Virus record (IMG/VR): IMGVR_UViG_3300026484_000295
Location: 64,001-128,000 of that record
Source: a virus
Direction: 5' to 3' (one strand)
Length of the DNA stretch: 64,000 nt
The notes under the pieces are model-generated. The model saw only the letters and a list, made by a program, of their open reading frames with translations, was not told where the DNA came from and made no database searches. This document shows positions 40,601-50,163 of this stretch, one piece after another. The translations under genes were made by a program, and so were the position numbers. Each line of letters begins with the position of its first letter. Positions within the stretch are counted from its first letter, which is position 1.

Positions 40601-43142
40601 CATTTCCTGCATAAAAAATTGAATTTACGGTCATACCTCTATCTCTATGACTATAATTAACAAATTCAGTTTCTTCTAGTTCTAATTCAATAGTTATTAA
40701 ATCATCATATATAAAAAATAATTTTTCTTCTTTTGAATCAAAATAAACCGAATTATTCATTTTTGTATCAATAAAAATTTCACTAGTTAAATTGATATCA
40801 ATATACATATCTATTATTTTTAATCTTGGAATACCAGTCAAACTATCTATATATATTATTTTATCATAAAGACGTACCTCGTCATTGTTTGCTATATATA
40901 AATTTTTAATATTAAATCTCTTTTCATTTATCTCAATTATAAAGATCATCTCAAAACTATCAAAATATATACTATTAATTATAGGTTTATTAATAGATAT
41001 TGGAGAAACAGCTTCTATTTCATCATATTCTTCTGTAATTGGATTTTTTAAATATATTTTTTTATTAGCAAAAACAAATCCTTCTTCACATAGCTCTTGG
41101 TCGCAATAATTAATTTTATTTTTAATATTATCAAATTTGAGATTATCAATATGTAAACCTCTATTTAGACCATCGTTTAATTGAATTATTAATTGCTCGT
41201 TACAATAATTAAATATAATTAAATTACGTTCTTGATCATAATTAAATTTATTTAAAAAAATAAGATTCCGATAAAATGGAATTTTTTTAATATTGTCAAC
41301 TATTGTTGAATACACCACGGTATTACGTTGTTTATATTCAACAAGTGTAATTTTATCAATAATTTCAATCACATTTTCATTATAAGGATTAAGGATATTT
41401 GAATAATTATATCTTTCAAAAGATTTTTTATATGCTTTACCATTATCCATAAATACAGTTTTTCTAATATTATTATTAAAGTCATTTATCTCAAAATCGG
41501 AATAATAGTTAAGTTCAAAATTATCATACATAATATCATCTATCAAGACATATTCTATAATAGTATGAAATCTAAAATTTATACTTTTATTTAAGTCATT
41601 AAAAAAATCTACATAAATTTTAGGTTCATAAACATAGTTATATGTATTAAACCCAATAATCAATTTTTCATTTTCAATTATTAGTTGGTGTGATGATTCA
41701 TCCAGACCAACTATTTCATATGTACGTATATATCTTTCTTCTTGCTCTTCTATACCAACTTTTACTTTAAATGCAACATTTAATTTCTCATAAAATCCAG
41801 AATCATTATATTTATAAATTATAAAATTATCTAAAAAACCTGTAGTATATATGGTTAAATTATTATATTCTTTTTCTTCAAATACAATACCAATTATATC
41901 AGTATCAATTCTAATGTCTTCTATAATATGATTGATTGATAGACCATTTAAGTCATAAATAATATAATCTTTAACTACTACCTTGTAATACATAGTATTA
42001 TCATCAAAATAATTTTTTATAAAATACCCATATAACTCTTCACCATCTAAAGGAACTATTCTTTCATATATACGTTCACCATTTATATACAATTTAAATG
42101 TTGATTCATCAACTTGTAAATTTTTATCTAAATAAAAATAAATTTCTAAATTATTATCTTCTTCATTTAAAAAATAAGTAAGATTATCACTATCAAGATT
42201 AATAGTTTGATTACTAAATACATCTTCTCTAATAAGTTTTGTTTGACTTTTTTCTAATGCATACCCCATTCCGTTGTTATCTACCAATATACTTTGATAT
42301 TCTTTATATTTTTCAACTATTGATGATATTTCTAATGAAAAAATAGCTAACAAATTAACTATGTTATCAATTACAAAATTATCATAAGAGATTTTTTCTT
42401 TTCCAGAAAAAACATATCTAACAACATTTTTATCATATGAAATGTAGTCTTCTAAATATACAACTAATACACTCTTTGCGAAAATTATTTCATTATCAAA
42501 AGTTCTAATATTTAATAATGAACTTAATGAACCAGCTATATTATCAACGATTTGATGAATAGAATACTCATTGTGTTTAGATAATTCTGTTAAAATTATA
42601 TCAAATTCGTCTATTAATTGTTTGTGTTCATCTACTATCAATTTATAATGTTCATAAGTACTTTTATAAACTTTCTTTTTATATATTTCCGGAGTCTCTA
42701 AATATTTTTTATAATTTTCATCATATAATTCTTTGTTTATATTGTAAGTATCCTGTAATTTAAAATATAATGAACAAATAGGCTGTAAAAAATTATACTC
42801 TTCTATAGCAAAATAAAAAAATATAAAATCTTTAATATCATCAAGAGTTTGCACTAAATCTTTTTTTGAATAACGTTCTAATTTTATTTTTTCTTGACTA
42901 TCATTCATATAAACATGAAATGCTCTAGGATCGATATTATATGGTATTCTAAATTGAGGCAAGAATTTATTTTTATAATATATATCTTTATTTAATAATT
43001 CACCAACAGTATATGAATTTTCATGTTCTATATTTATATCACGTACTTTTTCAAATAATAGAGGATTTAAGACATTATAAATAAATTTTGAATCTTCTTT
43101 TTCTAGAATTTCTCTAGGTAACGATTTTAATAGATTTGGCAT
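34632..43142 (-). CDS. Giant baseplate wedge protein (gp7-like position)
   Basis: 2836 aa directly after gp6; central EFLPFHT motif; repeated GHDE motifs in the C-terminal half. Confidence 0.55.
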   Translation of the reverse strand: MPNLLKSLPREILEKEDSKFIYNVLNPLLFEKVRDINIEHENSYTVGELLNKDIYYKNKFLPQFRIPYNIDPRAFHVYMNDSQEKIKLERYSKKDLVQTLDDIKDFIFFYFAIEEYNFLQPICSLYFKLQDTYNINKELYDENYKKYLETPEIYKKKVYKSTYEHYKLIVDEHKQLIDEFDIILTELSKHNEYSIHQIVDNIAGSLSSLLNIRTFDNEIIFAKSVLVVYLEDYISYDKNVVRYVFSGKEKISYDNFVIDNIVNLLAIFSLEISSIVEKYKEYQSILVDNNGMGYALEKSQTKLIREDVFSNQTINLDSDNLTYFLNEEDNNLEIYFYLDKNLQVDESTFKLYINGERIYERIVPLDGEELYGYFIKNYFDDNTMYYKVVVKDYIIYDLNGLSINHIIEDIRIDTDIIGIVFEEKEYNNLTIYTTGFLDNFIIYKYNDSGFYEKLNVAFKVKVGIEEQEERYIRTYEIVGLDESSHQLIIENEKLIIGFNTYNYVYEPKIYVDFFNDLNKSINFRFHTIIEYVLIDDIMYDNFELNYYSDFEINDFNNNIRKTVFMDNGKAYKKSFERYNYSNILNPYNENVIEIIDKITLVEYKQRNTVVYSTIVDNIKKIPFYRNLIFLNKFNYDQERNLIIFNYCNEQLIIQLNDGLNRGLHIDNLKFDNIKNKINYCDQELCEEGFVFANKKIYLKNPITEEYDEIEAVSPISINKPIINSIYFDSFEMIFIIEINEKRFNIKNLYIANNDEVRLYDKIIYIDSLTGIPRLKIIDMYIDINLTSEIFIDTKMNNSVYFDSKEEKLFFIYDDLITIELELEETEFVNYSHRDRGMTVNSIFYAGNVLPQNSNSQFFGRENIYSSMMIPDNVYMLGRGQDKINDSQQHNLLGEQLDIDINNAKPQNLEEEPYLMFKTNTSSLKGLESYLKSNLKAISNDINVSSVYMVQRNKFISEWARVSTVLPSSIYIVDTLKELVADLMETKLISGSYDDLIDIFKNNNYEHFSLDTNNIHNILIEYIRKYLEDDFLLEQFDYYLIHNVWIENNLKDIVDFIKENADNAIVSEVSMMTFNQYDKERLFYIFTDELEKIKKDTIETYKPIINYSDWNDIQDNNHVHFEKPFKYDILDINGFIKMSVDWKEPLLLIRPIIDDGVFSKKDYRLLDYSMITNSYVSFSDNYNEYEDIIKYELNKPVDYLFEVLDVLNRLSIEQGFDILSVNLVIIRWFVERFLPNYILMNDVKTVEEFKKVIYFELKQFDHPNLSVEYNKIKEHTLLADLGNNVDEIYKVITDSNLVYNSFINLEITDLEELTYLDNIKQPVEHYFDYLFNIKRYDLITKILALFTEDVIASSMLDLSMAINIKDSKGDATYDIYEKIVQDLFDEFLPFHTVLDKIIFTIKIMESSSAEAVSKEADIVVGDRNIIDIISAFSENIRIQTIDRSIITSKIGVIFPSEGLKLCGAHDEIPYDYDRSVKVGGHDLMVMDDETYGIDDEWYVLNKEIWKQRPESIYTPPNLANLWWECIPENEFEKVVDTYIDDYFHIKQNIFEQDNIIESHFIDYIPTIDIMNDIDDVTETNIIEDYLIDIDTEFNIRFYDMEQLPMDLYGLDEYSGPEDQTTLIGMKDLMHQTILHEFYEQLNIAVLDSIWTDICILYDVLDIPGHDEFAIDEYFHQSNPTILGQDISAMVYDSLLEQGFETELLDMNDISLKDKYIAKLDMVESENIQIKPIDTIHTEIHIWAGRERESFITDNGTFIPGHNEFAYDEFYHNSADLDRIANMVDSLLIDALGIIRIDFGFMRMLPIDPYSDLISQKFYRANQPGSDMHNARVRDSLLYDIHVFSKDIIRINLLDFYTIDIIDENLRSEIYSKIDNDNISEEYFANKITDSLINRHIRYDFREYVVSLDKYASIINDESIVGIFGINAANVERDNLFKLEISDNVYIDTKHKMKIERGMTKFDRDYLRSIKIEEDNFVLLKYKDDNLRTRLMENLKTYFNMIEKTTILLNENEYGSIKQINLEKQEVSLLDRLYYGHQSKFIIDGMTISLNDKLIDVLSNKIYSDSLVISQTEKTFLEDVAIEYEFDDRRLSEYHDLYGQMGYTDESIERSITSKLDDSLIFTMTDTFYDDNYISLYDYLMQDISNNIKDSVSVSIIDSITTYINIVKKPWIWQEFDKFGHDELPHMFHGISEEFDITTELREYLRLDSMNLLYDSNALITFTEKILIYEEIEIDEIGTNISIADELKIVEFGFKDKLYIQNHDNSIIRKENIENKTNISIFDTVWYGYKLRDNYMNIQMTDYLDYGFEDAKISESMFKVNLSDWLLTKFNLEEEKTNIVFSDSLLEIYDTNIFYDDAINTKIKDTLLIDEYRTLNLEDSIYVTVSDKLYLNDDKTFTDSLTIQAGNEQISYGTGKWFTDKIRGFILNRLSVDESADNPSDIDVQMNEIFQYNVVNDPQGNIASVRTYERLKYGMIFNDNLDVSIFRDEQLYISRKWTVNRYGVDNVIHEKADVGMEYYDDYSIDNSATLGLFDDLNIISEFFIRDTLTVYPDDVLNTSLNQERINTKDIISINNSDNLMYGVGYYDYIWDYKEWESFGYNVPYETWVGQIPHDEIPYNEFEYDQQGDDLSQITTGVYDNLIVGFDYYFKDTLNISMKDVSGFDYYQYITTFHETLNMNMIDKIDTRYLVVDNKKIQARIRTEQMKLSYTFDDLVKNHTFSYNEKYKLESIDILDPNINQIIESIFKYRMYEKIDIDINNDILTSALFKFDEYMSLDTDYKTKIDLYKERTDGSIAKSMTVIKDNTSSIVELIFGDYTEVGIIDKIQGTYAENPNVYL

Positions 43143-43151
43143 TTATTTTCC

Positions 43152-45839
43152 TTATGAAACTATATCAATTGTTCTTGATGGTTTTCTTATAGTATTTATA
43201 ATTTTATGTTTTTCAACAATCTGTGTAAAAACTATTTTATCTTTTAAAATATCTAATGTTGATGATGGAGTTATCTGACTACCATTAATATCATTTATCA
43301 TCTCTATATGTTGTACTTCCTCAACATTACTATGAATCCATTCAATCAATCTGGATAAATAAAAATGCTTTCCTAATGGAATATTACTAATATCAAAGAA
43401 ACTGTCAATTACACTATCAATCTTAGACTTTAATAATTCATTTGTTATTGAAAATGTATGAGATTTAAAAATTTTCATAGCAATTTCAATTTCAAAAGTA
43501 TTCGAATTATAAACTTGGACTATATCAGAAATCATTTTTCGTTGATTAATATTATTAATTAAATTATTAATTTCAGAACTTGTTAATGGTTCATACAAAT
43601 CAATATTCTTTTTTAAATCTTTTTTTATTGCAGTAACATATATCTCAACTATATTTGATTTACTAGGGTTAATAAATATATCATCTGATTTATAATGCGT
43701 CCAAATATATGATAAATTTACTTCTGGTAAATATATATTTTTTGTCTTATATAGTAAAGTCATAGAATACAATGTATCGGTCGATGTTAAATTAATATCA
43801 ATTATATCAATATCATCAAATAACTTATTCAATGATAATAAAATATTAATCTTATTATCGTCTAAATAGTTTTCTATATCATCTTTTGATATCGCATCAA
43901 ACTTAAAATATAAATATTTATTTGTATTCGATTCAAATACTATATTTTTAATTGAGTAATCAAGCATTAAAATATTATTTAATGTATTTTCATTAATAAT
44001 ACTTAAAATATCATTTTCATTAACCTTTTTATTAATCAATTTAATAATAGTCCCTTTAGTTTTCCTTTCAGTAAACTCAGACGGATAACGATACCAAAGA
44101 TTTGCTGGAATACTATCTATATCAAAAATTTCAAAATAATATTCTTTACTATTTTCTATAAATTTAATACTATCAAATTTGTCAACTACTGATGGTTCAG
44201 TAAAATATGCGGTTGGAGTAATTATAAAAATCTCTTCATCAAATCCATCTTCAACTAATTTAAATACAGAAATATCCATTTTTTCTGCATCAAAGAATAT
44301 ATCTATAAATTCATTAGTCATTCTAGCACTATTTTTACCAATATAACTACGTAGAATGACCGTAGAGTATTTAACCCTTGGGTGTAGCATTCCTGCAGTT
44401 TCATAGTCAGATGCCGTTACAAATCGATCTTGAATACTTCTTAACTTTCTGGCCATATATTTGATTTGTTCATCACTTTCTGCCGGGGTACCATCTTTAG
44501 CACTAAATCTATCTATAACATCTAAGCTTAATGACGAAGATTGTGTTTGTTCAATGTAACTATCGAAATATTCTACATCTAAACTTATAGCTGGGATTTT
44601 TGCATTCACCACATTCATAATTTCATCACTATTATTAAAATTTTTTCTATAAAATAATAATGTTTTTGCAGCAGGTAAAAGAATTTCTGAATTTTTACCA
44701 TCACCAAATAATAATTCTATATGTCCATCTGGAGTATTATTTACTTCATAAGCATATTTATGAGTGTGATTATTTAAATTATCAACTTCAAAATAAGTTC
44801 TTAATAAATTATCTTGTGCATCATATTGACGTACTAATGTTTTATTATCAAATATATTTTCTTCATATGAAGTCATCTTAAAGTTTTTTATAGATTTTGT
44901 TACTTCTATTGGTCTAGTAAATGTACCACCTTGAATTGCAGGTATATACATAAATACATTTTTATCCAAAATATTATAACCTTTATCATATCGTAATGTA
45001 AATTCAAATCCGGCCTCATTAAACGGAGCATATAATGCATCTTCATTATAAGATAGCGCATCTTCTGTATTTTCACTATTAAAATAAGTAATACTATCAA
45101 ATAATAAACTTTGTAGCTCAAAGGGCTTGTCCTGTCCCATATATTCTGGATATATATTAGTATTTGGTTTATATCTCATTTGAAATTTATCTATAAAAAT
45201 TGATCTTTCAAAATATTCAAAATTATCTTCTACTATACGTTTCACTTTAATATTTTCAGTTTCTTTGAAATCAGATAACTTATCAAATATATTATCTAGT
45301 GTATTCATAAAATCTTCGGCCGTTACATTTTTCAACAAATAATCTAATTTATATTGAAAATATCTACTTACTGTAAATTCAATAGGTACAAAGGTTATAT
45401 CGTTGGTTTTTGAAAGTATATCATTTACAGATCCAACATTTTTAACCTTATTTAGAATCTGTGCTCCAGATGCACCATTTGAAAGGTCTATTTTTAAAAT
45501 TGAAATCGAGGGTTTAATTCTAGCATATTTATATCCCAACATATCTGCAATTTTAATTATGTTTTTTCTTTCTTTGGCAGAAGATAAATACACTTCATTC
45601 ATATTAGTATCCATACGATATGCCATCATTTCACCATAAAATGCAAATAATTCAATCAACATCATAACATAATCAGATCTGAAATAATCATTATAGTTCG
45701 GATAAGTTTGTTCAATATAATCTTGAAGTGTTTGCCTAATAGAATGAAAATCATATTCCTCAAAATTATAATTTTCGATAAGATTAGTGAATTCCGTAGA
45801 TAATTGTTTAACTTCTCTTTCAAAAGTTTTTACTGCCAT
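43152..45839 (-). CDS. Baseplate wedge subunit gp6-like
   Basis: YDF.SIRQ.L..YI, E.YL.SA.ER.NI...A..LGY, ELLFGDG, ESDEQIK...QDRFVTASDY; start at MAVKTF with GAGG RBS. Confidence 0.9.
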   Translation of the reverse strand: MAVKTFEREVKQLSTEFTNLIENYNFEEYDFHSIRQTLQDYIEQTYPNYNDYFRSDYVMMLIELFAFYGEMMAYRMDTNMNEVYLSSAKERKNIIKIADMLGYKYARIKPSISILKIDLSNGASGAQILNKVKNVGSVNDILSKTNDITFVPIEFTVSRYFQYKLDYLLKNVTAEDFMNTLDNIFDKLSDFKETENIKVKRIVEDNFEYFERSIFIDKFQMRYKPNTNIYPEYMGQDKPFELQSLLFDSITYFNSENTEDALSYNEDALYAPFNEAGFEFTLRYDKGYNILDKNVFMYIPAIQGGTFTRPIEVTKSIKNFKMTSYEENIFDNKTLVRQYDAQDNLLRTYFEVDNLNNHTHKYAYEVNNTPDGHIELLFGDGKNSEILLPAAKTLLFYRKNFNNSDEIMNVVNAKIPAISLDVEYFDSYIEQTQSSSLSLDVIDRFSAKDGTPAESDEQIKYMARKLRSIQDRFVTASDYETAGMLHPRVKYSTVILRSYIGKNSARMTNEFIDIFFDAEKMDISVFKLVEDGFDEEIFIITPTAYFTEPSVVDKFDSIKFIENSKEYYFEIFDIDSIPANLWYRYPSEFTERKTKGTIIKLINKKVNENDILSIINENTLNNILMLDYSIKNIVFESNTNKYLYFKFDAISKDDIENYLDDNKINILLSLNKLFDDIDIIDINLTSTDTLYSMTLLYKTKNIYLPEVNLSYIWTHYKSDDIFINPSKSNIVEIYVTAIKKDLKKNIDLYEPLTSSEINNLINNINQRKMISDIVQVYNSNTFEIEIAMKIFKSHTFSITNELLKSKIDSVIDSFFDISNIPLGKHFYLSRLIEWIHSNVEEVQHIEMINDINGSQITPSSTLDILKDKIVFTQIVEKHKIINTIRKPSRTIDIVS

Positions 45840-45957
45840 ATTAACCTCTTTTTTCCTATTTCCTTTATTTATTCTATTTTTAAACAATTTTTTATTAAAA
45901 CATTAAGCTTAACCATTTATTTAAATAAATAAAGGAAATAGGAAAAAAGAGGTTAAT

Positions 45958-46413
45958 ATGGCATCAGGAAGCTGGAAACAGGGAAAATACACACCAACGA
46001 ACCCAGATAAATATAAAGGGTCATTACCAATAGTTTTTAGAAGTAGTTGGGAAAGAAGAGTTTTTTATTTCTTAGATCATCACCCAGCTGTTATATCTTG
46101 GGGTAGCGAAAGTATAATTATACCGTATATTTATCAAGTTGATAATAAACAGCATAGATATTATATAGATGTTGATTTTATAATTAATGATAAAGATGGG
46201 AAACAAAAAAGGTATATAATAGAAATAAAACCTCACGATCAAACAATCCCTCCAAAACCACCAAAGAAAAAATCAGCAAAAGCTATGCAAAGATACAACC
46301 AACAGGTTTTGGCTTTTCAAAAAAATCAAGATAAGTGGATGGCAGCTGAAATTTGGGCTAAAAAAAATGGATATATTTTTAGTATATGGACAGAAAAAAC
46401 ATTAGGTTTATAA
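45958..46413 (+). CDS. Head completion nuclease gp4-like
   Basis: GKY.P.NP.KY.G...I.FRSSWE, WGSE...IPY, HRYY.D, IEIKP..QT.PP, NQ.KW.AA. Confidence 0.93.
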   Translation: MASGSWKQGKYTPTNPDKYKGSLPIVFRSSWERRVFYFLDHHPAVISWGSESIIIPYIYQVDNKQHRYYIDVDFIINDKDGKQKRYIIEIKPHDQTIPPKPPKKKSAKAMQRYNQQVLAFQKNQDKWMAAEIWAKKNGYIFSIWTEKTLGL

Positions 46414-46432
46414 ACTCTGCGAACATAAAAAA

Positions 46433-46460
46433 AGCCAATAATTAAAAATAATTATTGGCT
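46433..46460 (-). terminator. Intrinsic terminator between the convergent gp4 and gp23 genes
   Basis: AGCCAATAATTA-AAAA-TAATTATTGGCT with a T-tract on the minus strand. Confidence 0.75.
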
Positions 46461-46488
46461 ATTATATAGTTAAATATTAATTTAGGAA

Positions 46489-47712
46489 TTAACCTAAATT
46501 AACACTTACTTTACCATAGTATGCATCAGCACCCATCATATTGTCAGCGATACCATATCTAGTACTTAACATTACTCTAGGCATAAATGAATTACCATCT
46601 AAAATTGTTGGAGATACTTCTAATGGTACATATGGCATATAAACAATACCAGTATCAGTTTCAGTATTACCTTTGTAACCCATTAAAATATCATCAGTTG
46701 TTCTGATAATATCAGTAAAAACTTTAAATCTACCTTCAATTGTTCCAGCTAAACCAATGTTTGTTGGATCAACATATGAACTTGCAGATGGAGCAAAGTT
46801 AAAAGATTTAAGAGTTTGAAGAATTGTTAAAACATTAGGATTAACGATCATCCAGTTTGCAGCCCCTCTTCTAGTTCTTACAGCAATTTGATTAGAAACT
46901 TCTAATACTTTAGTGTACATAGCTTGATATTTTTCAGCCATTGAGTTAGTTCCAGAAACATTACTATAATCATAGTTTGCTGTATAACCTACTTTTGATT
47001 CAATAGTTTGTAGTAATTCTCTATCAATATCATTAGCAATTGTTTGTGCAAGCGCTGTAATCATTTCTTTTTCAATATTGATACCTAATGAAGCTTGAGC
47101 ATCTTGTGCTGCTTCTAAAGACCATTGTGCTGCTAATTTTCTTGTTTTAGCAGTTACAGTAGTTTGAGTGAATTTTAAAGTTGTTTCTTTAAACTCATTG
47201 TAAGTTGGATTAGCAACTGTATTAAGAGTCATTTTTTCACCATCTTCAGTAGTCATTTTACTTGCATACTGATTAACACCAGCTACATATGATACTTCTG
47301 CTCCAGCTGGGTATGTTACATTTGTACCATCAACAGTTGCTTTTGGAGCATCTGGGTCGTTTTGTACTAATGCATTATATCTAGCTGCTTCTGCTGTTGC
47401 AGTATTAGCATCACCTAAATCAATTACTGAATCAGATGCATAAACATATTTAAGAGACATACATATACCTGTTCTCTCTTTAAGTGGTTGAACACCTACT
47501 AATTGATCAGCAACAACATTTGTCATTACTCTTCTTGCCAAAGGCATAATTAATTTTGGAACCGATTTGATAGCTCCACTAAAAGTAGCTTCATTTAAAG
47601 TTTCAGCATAATTCGCTTCATTTTCTAAGATTACTCTCATAGAATCTTTTTTGTGTTCAGCTACACCTTCTAATAATGATTCTACTAACATTTTTGGTTG
47701 TACTTGTGCCAT
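46489..47712 (-). CDS. Major capsid protein gp23-like
   Basis: LVGVQPL, V.AKTRKL.A.WSLEAAQD, I..DIDRE, IA.RTRRGAAN, GYKG..E.D.G..Y.PYVPL, SF.P.....TRYG; TATAAATA at 47760-47767. Confidence 0.97.
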   Translation of the reverse strand: MAQVQPKMLVESLLEGVAEHKKDSMRVILENEANYAETLNEATFSGAIKSVPKLIMPLARRVMTNVVADQLVGVQPLKERTGICMSLKYVYASDSVIDLGDANTATAEAARYNALVQNDPDAPKATVDGTNVTYPAGAEVSYVAGVNQYASKMTTEDGEKMTLNTVANPTYNEFKETTLKFTQTTVTAKTRKLAAQWSLEAAQDAQASLGINIEKEMITALAQTIANDIDRELLQTIESKVGYTANYDYSNVSGTNSMAEKYQAMYTKVLEVSNQIAVRTRRGAANWMIVNPNVLTILQTLKSFNFAPSASSYVDPTNIGLAGTIEGRFKVFTDIIRTTDDILMGYKGNTETDTGIVYMPYVPLEVSPTILDGNSFMPRVMLSTRYGIADNMMGADAYYGKVSVNLG

Positions 47713-47825
47713 TTTAATTTCTCCTTAAAAAGAACTTCTGTTTTTTATTATTTCATTTTTATTTATATCGATATTTTAAAAAATATCATTTTTTAAAAGA
47801 TTTTAACCTTATTTTAATAAGATTT

Positions 47826-49055
47826 CTATCTAATTCCCGCTAATGACATTAAATTTGTCAATTCATCTGATGTTTTTGTTTCTGTATCACCTGAACTTAT
47901 TGAAGTTTGTACCGATTCAACAATCAATTCTTCTTTAATTTCTTGTTCAACATTTTTAATAACTTCTTCTTTTGAAAAACCTGCATTAAAAGTATCTACA
48001 ACTGATTCCATTAAAGTATCAATTTGTGTTTCAAGTTTATCCGATTCAATATTTTCAGCTAATTTTTCTAAAGCTTCTTTTTTATCATCAGTTAAGATTG
48101 ATCCTTTTGATTCAACAATTACTTTTTTCTTTAAAGTTTCAACTTCTATTTGTGACTCTTCTAATCTTGCATGTTCTTTTTTCAACATATCTTTATATTG
48201 TTCAACTTTTGCTTCAGTTTCTTTTTTCATTTCAAGAATTTCTTCTGCTACTTCTTCATCAATATTCCAATATTGTTTAACAATACCTTTAATTGATTCT
48301 AATAATTCTCTACCTTGAACTTCTTTCATAATAGATTCTTTATCAGCTTTAACTTCAGCTAATTCTTGTTCTAAGAAAATCTCTGTTGATGTAACTAAAT
48401 TTTCTTTTATAGATTCGATTCTTTCATCAGCTTCAGCTTTCATTCTTTCTTCTGTTTCTCTTATAGCTTCTTCTACTCTATCAATAGATTTAGATTCAAC
48501 TAATTCAGATTCTGCTTCTTCTAAATTATTTTCTAATTCATTAATTGTTTCAACTAATTCCTTATTTAATAATTCCGCTTCTTCTAATGATTCTTCTAAT
48601 TCAGTAATAATAGATGTACTACTCTCCATAGCAATTTCAAATGTATTATTAAATTTTTCCTTTGCTATATCAAATGCAGCCTCGTATTTTGCTTCTAATT
48701 CTTCAGTTAATTTCGCTTCTGCTTCTTCTAAATCACTTTCAGAAATATTTACAAAAGGTTTTGATTCTAATTCTTCAATATTATCTTCAAGATTTTCTAT
48801 TTCCTCTTTTGCCGCCTCAGCAACACTTTTAGCTTCCTCTAACTTTGTTTTATAAGATTCTTCTAACGTTTTAAAAGTTTCTTCAAATTTAGTTTTAGCA
48901 GCTTCAAAATTTTCTTTAGCTTTTGCTTCAACTTCAGCTCTTACCGCTTCTTCTCTCGCCGCAATAGCTTCTGTTAAAGAAACTTCTAAAGTTTCTTTTA
49001 CTTCATCTGTTAAAACATTATTTTCCAATAATGGTTTTAGGATTTCTGTCATCAT
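47826..49055 (-). CDS. Prohead core scaffold protein gp22-like
   Basis: Glu-rich coiled coil between the protease and capsid genes. Confidence 0.85.
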   Translation of the reverse strand: MMTEILKPLLENNVLTDEVKETLEVSLTEAIAAREEAVRAEVEAKAKENFEAAKTKFEETFKTLEESYKTKLEEAKSVAEAAKEEIENLEDNIEELESKPFVNISESDLEEAEAKLTEELEAKYEAAFDIAKEKFNNTFEIAMESSTSIITELEESLEEAELLNKELVETINELENNLEEAESELVESKSIDRVEEAIRETEERMKAEADERIESIKENLVTSTEIFLEQELAEVKADKESIMKEVQGRELLESIKGIVKQYWNIDEEVAEEILEMKKETEAKVEQYKDMLKKEHARLEESQIEVETLKKKVIVESKGSILTDDKKEALEKLAENIESDKLETQIDTLMESVVDTFNAGFSKEEVIKNVEQEIKEELIVESVQTSISSGDTETKTSDELTNLMSLAGIR

Positions 49056-49083
49056 AGTCTAACTCCTGTTCAAGCTTTTTCTT

Positions 49084-49722
49084 TTATTTATTTTTATTTA
49101 TTACAGAATTCAAAAACTTCTGAATTTCTTTAGTAAAATATTTTTGAGCTGCTTTATCTTCAACTACAGCTTCACTTAACGAAACAATTTTTGGATCATT
49201 ATAAATTATATTCAATGATTCTTGTAAACTATTTGGAAACGCCTCTGGTGCACTTGGTGTAGCAACAATATCCACAGTAATTAAATTAAAAGATTCTACT
49301 AATGTAATACCATCTTCATGTTTTGTTGAACCAGAACCCCTAGAAGAAACACCTAATTTTATACCCTCTTTAAGTAAAGCTTTAACAATTTCACCTTTTG
49401 GAGTATCTAATATTTTAGCTCTACCAATCACATCATTACCATTCCAATTAAAACTCTCAATAACATGTGAGACATTATTAAGATTTACCGTAAGTGCCTC
49501 AGGGTGTTCTAATTCACCTAAAACAGTATATCCTTTTAGCATTTTATCTTGAATTTTAGATACTGCCTCTGTTAAAACAGATTTAGGATAAATTCTACCA
49601 TTACCATTTTTGGCTTCAGACTGCATAAAAATACCTTCTAAATACCAATTTTTACCATCACTTTTTGATTCTTGTAAATTAGCTATATTTGGTGCTAATG
49701 ACTCAATTAATAAATCAGCCAT
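49084..49722 (-). CDS. Prohead protease gp21-like
   Basis: LEGIFMQ.E.KN.NGRIYP, LGELEHP, VSH, ILDTP.G, LGVSSRG.GS, D.VA.PSAP.A. Confidence 0.95.
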   Translation of the reverse strand: MADLLIESLAPNIANLQESKSDGKNWYLEGIFMQSEAKNGNGRIYPKSVLTEAVSKIQDKMLKGYTVLGELEHPEALTVNLNNVSHVIESFNWNGNDVIGRAKILDTPKGEIVKALLKEGIKLGVSSRGSGSTKHEDGITLVESFNLITVDIVATPSAPEAFPNSLQESLNIIYNDPKIVSLSEAVVEDKAAQKYFTKEIQKFLNSVINKNK

Positions 49723-49724
49723 AA

Positions 49725-49940
49725 TTACTCCTCATTAGATAAATCTTCTGATTCATCTAATTCTTTCTTTAATTCTGCTTCTTCATCATTAGGATTTTTA
49801 TATGTACCACCAAATACCTCTTCATTTGAAAGATATTTTTTTCCAGCCATATATTCAGCTAAAGATGTTTTTAATGCTTCTCTTGCACCATCAAAATCTT
49901 CACCTTCAATTGCATCAACCATTTTTCTAATATTTGACAT
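49725..49940 (-). CDS. Prohead core protein gp67-like
   Basis: Small acidic ORF (MVDAI..EDF..A) upstream of gp21. Confidence 0.6.
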   Translation of the reverse strand: MSNIRKMVDAIEGEDFDGAREALKTSLAEYMAGKKYLSNEEVFGGTYKNPNDEEAELKKELDESEDLSNEE

Positions 49941-50117
49941 GTCTTAATCTCCTTACAATTTTTTAAAATTTATTGCGCAAAAAAATTGTTTTCATTAGTA
50001 TTTATTACAATTAAATCTTTTTTTATATATTTTATGTGTTTTTCATAAATATAATACATCATTAAATTATATTTGTTTCATTATTTTTAAATTTGAAGAT
50101 AATAAATGTGAGGGGGG

Positions 50118-50143
50118 TTATCTGGAGAAAATTCTCCAGATAA
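50118..50143 (-). terminator. Hairpin terminator after the tail tube gene
   Basis: TTATCTGGAGAA-AA-TTCTCCAGATAA. Confidence 0.7.
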
Positions 50144-50163
50144 AATTATTTAAGAATTATTTT

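Noticed and set aside
45958-46413. TnsA transposase / Tn7-like element
   Set aside because: It shares the fold, but the motifs and position match the T4 gp4 head completion protein and there are no other transposon genes.
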